A stretch of 64,000 bases of DNA, from NCBI GenBank assembly GCA_020184695.1, contig JAANOX010000238.1, positions 372,001 to 436,000 on the forward strand. The letters run 5' to 3'. Positions 58,803 to 64,000 of the stretch are shown one piece after another. The DNA is from Histomonas meleagridis 2922-C6/04-290x (Eukaryota; Protista; Parabasalia). A program made the position numbers and the translations under genes. Below the pieces are notes generated by a model, which did not search any database, was not told where the DNA came from, and saw only the letters and a program-made list of their open reading frames with translations. Positions within the stretch are counted from its first letter, which is position 1; each line of letters opens with the position of its first letter.

Positions 58803-59774
58803 TTAAGGCATAACAAATTGATGATGTTTTGGGTTCTGTAAAAATAATATTTTGACATTTTTCTTTGTAATTGTTTGAATTTTGATCTCCTCTTCAGAAA
58901 AGTGATGTTTTTTTAACTTTTTGTAAATAATTGGCAAAATTTCGTCATAATTTGTTATGGATTTACATTTTTTGATTTTCTTGAATAGAGAATTCATCTG
59001 ACGAATAAATGGTACCGCAAGTATATCGTTTGTTGTTGGTCTTTTCTTGGGGTTAATTGATAGCATTCTTGAAATAAGTTTTTCTATGTTTTGATTATAA
59101 TGTTTTGGGATAGGTGGATATTTTCCTTTCTTAATATCTTTACGTAGTGATGCAAGGGAGTTGTTGACTTTAAAAGGTGGTGTACGTGCACATAATTCAT
59201 AGAGAATACAACCTAAAGACCAAATATCAGTTTTATAGTCATACGAACTAAAGTCAATGAGCTCAGGTGACATATATAATGGCGTCCCTACATGTGTTAA
59301 ACAATGTTGATGGATAGATTCCAATATTTGAATACTATCAAAATCAGCAAGTTTGATGTTATTACTTTCATCAAGTAATATGTTTTGTGGTTTTAAGTCA
59401 CAATGAATAATTTTATTCTCATGAAGATATTTGATTGCACTTGATATTTGAATAAAATAATGTAACACTTGAGCTTCTGGCATTTCTTTATGCAGGTAGT
59501 TTATCATTTTTGCTAAATTTCCTCCTTTGGCATATTCCATAATAACATTTACATTTCTTGTGTTTTCGAAACATTCGTATACCTGCACAATATTTGGGTG
59601 AGTAAATGTTTTAAAGGTTTCATATATACTTGTAATATTATCAACTTCTTCATGACAAAAATAAATCGGTATTTTTTTGAGTGCATACATTTCTTTTGTT
59701 GAAATGTGCTGTACAAGTAATACTTTCCCATTGAATTCATTACTAATTTTTTGAATTTTCCTATATTTTTCCAT
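58803..59774 (-). CDS. NEK-family Ser/Thr kinase (atypical motifs)
   Basis: YALKKI, HPNIV, HCDLKPQNILL, DFD, GTPLYMSPE, DIWSLGCILYEL, GKYPPIP..Y NEK-type C-lobe. Confidence 0.9.
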   Translation of the reverse strand: MEKYRKIQKISNEFNGKVLLVQHISTKEMYALKKIPIYFCHEEVDNITSIYETFKTFTHPNIVQVYECFENTRNVNVIMEYAKGGNLAKMINYLHKEMPEAQVLHYFIQISSAIKYLHENKIIHCDLKPQNILLDESNNIKLADFDSIQILESIHQHCLTHVGTPLYMSPELIDFSSYDYKTDIWSLGCILYELCARTPPFKVNNSLASLRKDIKKGKYPPIPKHYNQNIEKLISRMLSINPKKRPTTNDILAVPFIRQMNSLFKKIKKCKSITNYDEILPIIYKKLKKHHFSEEEIKIQTITKKNVKILFLQNPKHHQFVMP

Positions 59775-60329
59775 TCATATATTTTGTTCCCGCATAAACG
59801 TTCTAAATTTTTTGTTAAGTTTACGCGTATAAAAATTTTCGGTTTCTCACAAATATTGAGGATAAATTATAATAAAAATCAGATTCGAAAACTCATTTGT
59901 AATTGTTTGGTTCTTTTTGGCCATAAATTTCGTGTCGAATTAAGCCCAAAAGTAAAAAGCAGGAACTTCAGTATGATTTAGTACAAGTTTCAATTTTAGT
60001 GTATTCCGAGAACGAAATCAAATTTTTAGCAATATATATGTATGATCATTCATTTTATTGAAGGATAGGATAATAAGATATATCTTATTAAATTAATATT
60101 AGAAATATATATATCAAATTTATTTATATATTCAAATCAAAACATGTTTTCTTTCGAATTTATTTTATTAATAATTTAGAATATGATCTTTGATATTTGC
60201 CAATTAGAGATTATCATTACTTCTAACCATATTCATCAAATAATGCCTGATACAAAATCTGATTATCATGATCATTATTTGATTCCTTCAACAAATTCCT
60301 CAAAAAAACAAAATTTGATATCCAATGAT

Positions 60330-60490
60330 AGTTCAAGGTTAATGACATTTACATACTCACAATCGAATACATATTTTAATTCAAATACATTTTTCTTTTC
60401 GAATGCATTTTCTAATTTGAATAAACTTACAAATTCAAACACATTTACGAAATCATTTTTGATAAATTCTTCATTAACATTTGTATAATT
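60330..60490 (+). pseudogene. Isolated FTxSN stalk relic
   Basis: TFTYSQSNTYFNSNTFFFSNAFSNLNKLTNSNTFTKS. Confidence 0.4.
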
Positions 60491-60986
60491 GCAATCATTT
60501 GTTTCCTTCGTTTTCATTTCAAAACATATTCTCAATTTTTCTTTTTTTTTAAAATGATCTTCATCACATGCACATTATTGAAATGAAACTTAAAGTTTGA
60601 TGTATTCCAAGTAAATACCTATACAAAGTATAATAAAGTCACTATTTAATTGGACAAAGAATTGATTTGCATTATTCAAAATTATGAAAAAAAATTTTTA
60701 AATTATTTCCGTTAAATTTGACTACCCCCATAACGTTCGCCAATATAGGCGGTTAGACAAGTATGTCAGATTCATTCAGAATTCTATCGTTATTTAAAAG
60801 TGCCTGGCAAACAACCGTTTATGGGGCACCCTCCAAATGCCACTTTTTTAAGCGCGGTAATCTTCTCCGGTTATTGTTTGGAGAATCAGAGTTTAAATTG
60901 TGTGAAAATTTATCAAATGTTACTATTGTTGCCAACACTTTTTTGTTGGAGTTTTTCTTATAATACACTTGATAATATTATTGTAT

Positions 60987-62285
60987 TTATGTATTTATAC
61001 TTTGCTTTGTCAACATATTTGTTAATAGGTAAAATGTATAATGTATATTGCGATTTTGATGATTTTCATATGCTTGTATGTTTATATCAACTTTTGTTTT
61101 GGTAATTTTCTTTCTAATGTTTTCTGTGAACGTTTGGTCTTTGAGTTGATTTTGATTATTAGCAATATACGCTTCATTTCCATTTCTTATTGAAAGTGAA
61201 GATTTGATGTTTATGGAAGAAGATTTTGATTGAGAATTTTCGTTTATATTTTTTGCACGAAGTAAATTTACTATTTCTGTGTAACCTAATTGTTATGCAA
61301 TTTGAAGTGCTGTTTCAAATTATTAAAACATATATTAAATTATTAAAACATATTCCAAATTATTAAAACATATATTAAATTATTAAAACATATATTAAAT
61401 TATTCAAATGAATATTTTTTGCATTAACCAATTCTTTCTTTATCTAAAAGTAATTTTACTATTTCTATATTATTATTTTTAACTGCTATATGAAGTGCTG
61501 TTTCAAATTATTAAAACACATTTCAAATTATTATAACATATTACAAATTATTAAAAAATATTACAAATTATTAAAACATATTCTAAATTATTAAAACAAA
61601 TCCAAAATTATTCAAATGAATAGTTTTTATATTAACATACATTCATTAGTAAATATTTAAAGCATTTAATTGATCTAAAGAATGCTGCATAATCAATTAA
61701 TGAAACATTCTTTTGATTAATAAATGAACATCTTTCATAAAGTGATGGTTCATTTGTTTGATTAAAATCAAAGTTTGTTTGTGATGATATTTCTTGAAGT
61801 TTTTCTATTTCGTCATTTCGAATTATTTTCGCAATTTCATTTGGGTTAACTCCTTCTTTAATATATTTCTTATGAAGTTCCCAATCATTCTCTGAAAGTT
61901 CTTCATAATGATCTCTAAAGTATCTTTCTATTGGATCACTTCGATCAGACCCAAATACTGAATGATTTTGGTTTTCTTCTTTTGCTTTATAATGCGAAAA
62001 ATATTTCGATTTAATATTTTTAGTGATATTTTTATCAATTAAATTTTGTTCAATCATTTGTTCGATTAAATAATATGATTCTTGTGTGTTCATTGTAGAT
62101 ATACGTTTGATAAAAATTGAAATTAGTTTAGCAATATTTTTAATTTCTTCTTCTTTCGTTTGAAGTGTTTTTAAAAAATTTAAGTAAATATCGAATACAC
62201 ACTTTGGTGATGAAAATGCATTATAAATGATGTTAGTTGTAATAATATTAAATGTGTAGGGATAATTTGAATCGAATAATTCCAA
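60987..62285 (-). pseudogene. DUF3447-family / segmented ankyrin gene, decayed paralog of 11837
   Basis: Core NPNEIAKIIRNDEIEKLQEISSQ...LIDYAAFF..KCFKYLLMN is near-identical to 11837. Cassette 61501-61414 has a 2-nt deletion; terminal cassette from 61313 has TAA 61295-61293. Confidence 0.85.
61314..61621 (-). repeat. 20-bp minisatellite spacers: 61502-61621 (6 units, 120 nt) and 61314-61413 (5 units, 100 nt)
   Basis: Minus-strand consensus ATWTGTTTTAATAATTTGAA; the first unit is always ATTCATTTGAATAATTT. Confidence 0.95.
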
Positions 62286-63390
62286 TATTTTTTTAACAGA
62301 CGGCTGAAAGTTTTCTCAAGCTCAATTTGGAATTTCAAGCAGGATGATAAATTATTCAAATTTTTATCTCCTGTGTTTATGGCAGTATCATCATTAAGCA
62401 TGTGCTTTAGCGAAATCATAGCTTTAAATAAAATGAGACAAACCACATATTGTCTTACTTTAAAAGATTAATTTTTGATATTTTTAGTGATTTCAATTTT
62501 TTTTGAAAATATTAGGAGTTTGATAAGAAATGCATTAAGCCCAGCTACTGCTATTAAAATTCTATGTCATATTCTAAAAAAAGATGTTACTTGAAAAATG
62601 AACAATTGCAAAAAGTTATTCAAAAAATACCTATTTGTAACAAGATATGTCTTCAAATTAAATGTAACCAAGCACACATTGACTAAATTTGTATCTTTAA
62701 AATTTAAAAAATATTGATATTTTTATTGATTATAATTTTTTTGGGAAATTTTAAAAAACTTGAAAATAAATGCATTTCTATCCAACTGCTATTATTAAAG
62801 TTCTTATTTCATGTACTAAAAAAAGATGTGTAGCCGTATGAAAAAGCTCTATCCACCCCATTTTTCCAAATGTTTAACAAAAATTATCCACAAAACCATG
62901 TTGTTTAGTCAGTCACGTACAATTGTCTGGTGTAATACTCAACTATCCAATGAATCTCATTACTCATATTAGATAATCATTCTTTGAATTTGTTCAAAAA
63001 CCTGTTAAACCTGTCTCACTGTGAATTAGTTAACATACCTGTTTGTTGGTTTCTGTTCCATGTGCTACTTTGATGAGAATATTACCTTGATTATAATCTT
63101 ACATCATTCAAGTTATTTAATATTAAATAATCATTATTAAAGGAAGCCCAACTTTGTGATGATGACTTGGTTAAATTCTTTCTAAATCAAAAAATTATTT
63201 TATACAGCACTTATTTGTGCATGGTTATCCAAAAAATTTCAAATTTAAGAAACTCACATTTTATTAATTGTTGGAATTTACCTTTAACAGATAGAAGCCC
63301 GTTTAACCGGGTAATTTCGGCGCCATTTTTTCTGAGTCAAAATTGAATAATTTACATAGAGAAACGTTATAAGATTTCGGAAGTGGCGGG

Positions 63391-63780
63391 ATGAGGAGCA
63401 ATTCATTTTCCTTGATGTTCGACGATGAATCGATAGGTTTTGCACAGCTTCAAAGAAATGAAGAAGGTGTTGATTATGGTATGAATTTGTCACCAGAGAG
63501 TATTCCCGAAATTAATCCAATGTCACTGGAAGATATGTCTATATCTATGTTTGAAGACGACGCAATGCTATCTGGATGGAATACTTTGAGACAAGAGCAA
63601 AATTTAGAAATCAGAAGAAAGAAGCCACAGAAAGTTGCTGTTTCAAAAGAAACCATGATTCTAAGACCTTTCGAATCTTGTCAAGCAACAGAAGCAAGTG
63701 TACTTTATCTTCGAATGTGGGCAAATAGAATGGTTGAAAAATCAGAAAATCAAAAATCAGAGGAAACTTCTTCAAAATAA
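63391..63780 (+). CDS. Small hypothetical protein
   Basis: 129-aa ATG ORF with higher GC than flanks; no family recognised. Confidence 0.6.
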   Translation: MRSNSFSLMFDDESIGFAQLQRNEEGVDYGMNLSPESIPEINPMSLEDMSISMFEDDAMLSGWNTLRQEQNLEIRRKKPQKVAVSKETMILRPFESCQATEASVLYLRMWANRMVEKSENQKSEETSSK

Positions 63781-64000
63781 TTTTCAAGTAACCTGTTGAG
63801 TAAAGAATTGGATATTAAATTAATTTAACTAAATTCTGTAACGATTTTTAACATATGTATTTACTGAAACCTATATTTAGAGTTGACCTTTCATTGGCTG
63901 TAACCAGAGTTGCTTTAAAAAACTTTGTTTATTTGAGTGCTTTGTGAAGTTGCTACTGAAATACATGAAGAAAACAATATGAGCGAAATGTTAAATGAAA

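Noticed and set aside
61635-61640. GTATGT 5' splice site on the minus strand at the end of the DUF3447 ORF
   Set aside because: No ACTAAC branch motif downstream; splicing to the next ACAG gives an immediate stop.

Overview
Very AT-rich (roughly three quarters A+T by eye), gene-dense eukaryotic DNA using the standard code. No canonical spliceosomal introns were seen. The gene content points to a parabasalid (trichomonad/Histomonas-like; species not determinable here): trichomonad-type histone H4, BspA-like LRR surface proteins, DUF3447-ankyrin genes, FTxSN stalks and Myb-type M3 promoter elements. Intact housekeeping genes (Rab, Vps16, GRIP golgin, CDC45, gamma-tubulin complex subunit, WDR5-like, H4, Ulp1/SENP, LCAT/PLA2, TM2, Ebp2, Nup93, NEK), plus a CFAP47 gene split by one homopolymer frameshift, alternate with decaying copies of multigene families. 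The stand-out is a segmented ankyrin system. At four loci (12.8-13.2, 20.4-20.7, 36.6-40.5 and 61.3-61.6 kb), every ankyrin repeat sits in its own cassette of about 90 nt. Each cassette is cut at the same beta-hairpin position (..N-A-K-D | T-A-L..) by a non-coding AT-rich spacer built from a 20-nt unit; spacers are mostly 60, 80, 100 or 120 nt. The spacers break the frame, carry stops and have neither GT-AG ends nor the parabasalid ACTAAC branch motif. Yet all 22 full cassettes of the main array, which is fused behind a class-3 lipase, are free of stops and frameshifts. This suggests precise removal by a non-canonical route (unconventional splicing, ribosome bypassing or DNA-level assembly). 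That is inference and needs cDNA, protein or gDNA tests; I cannot confirm from here that it is undescribed.
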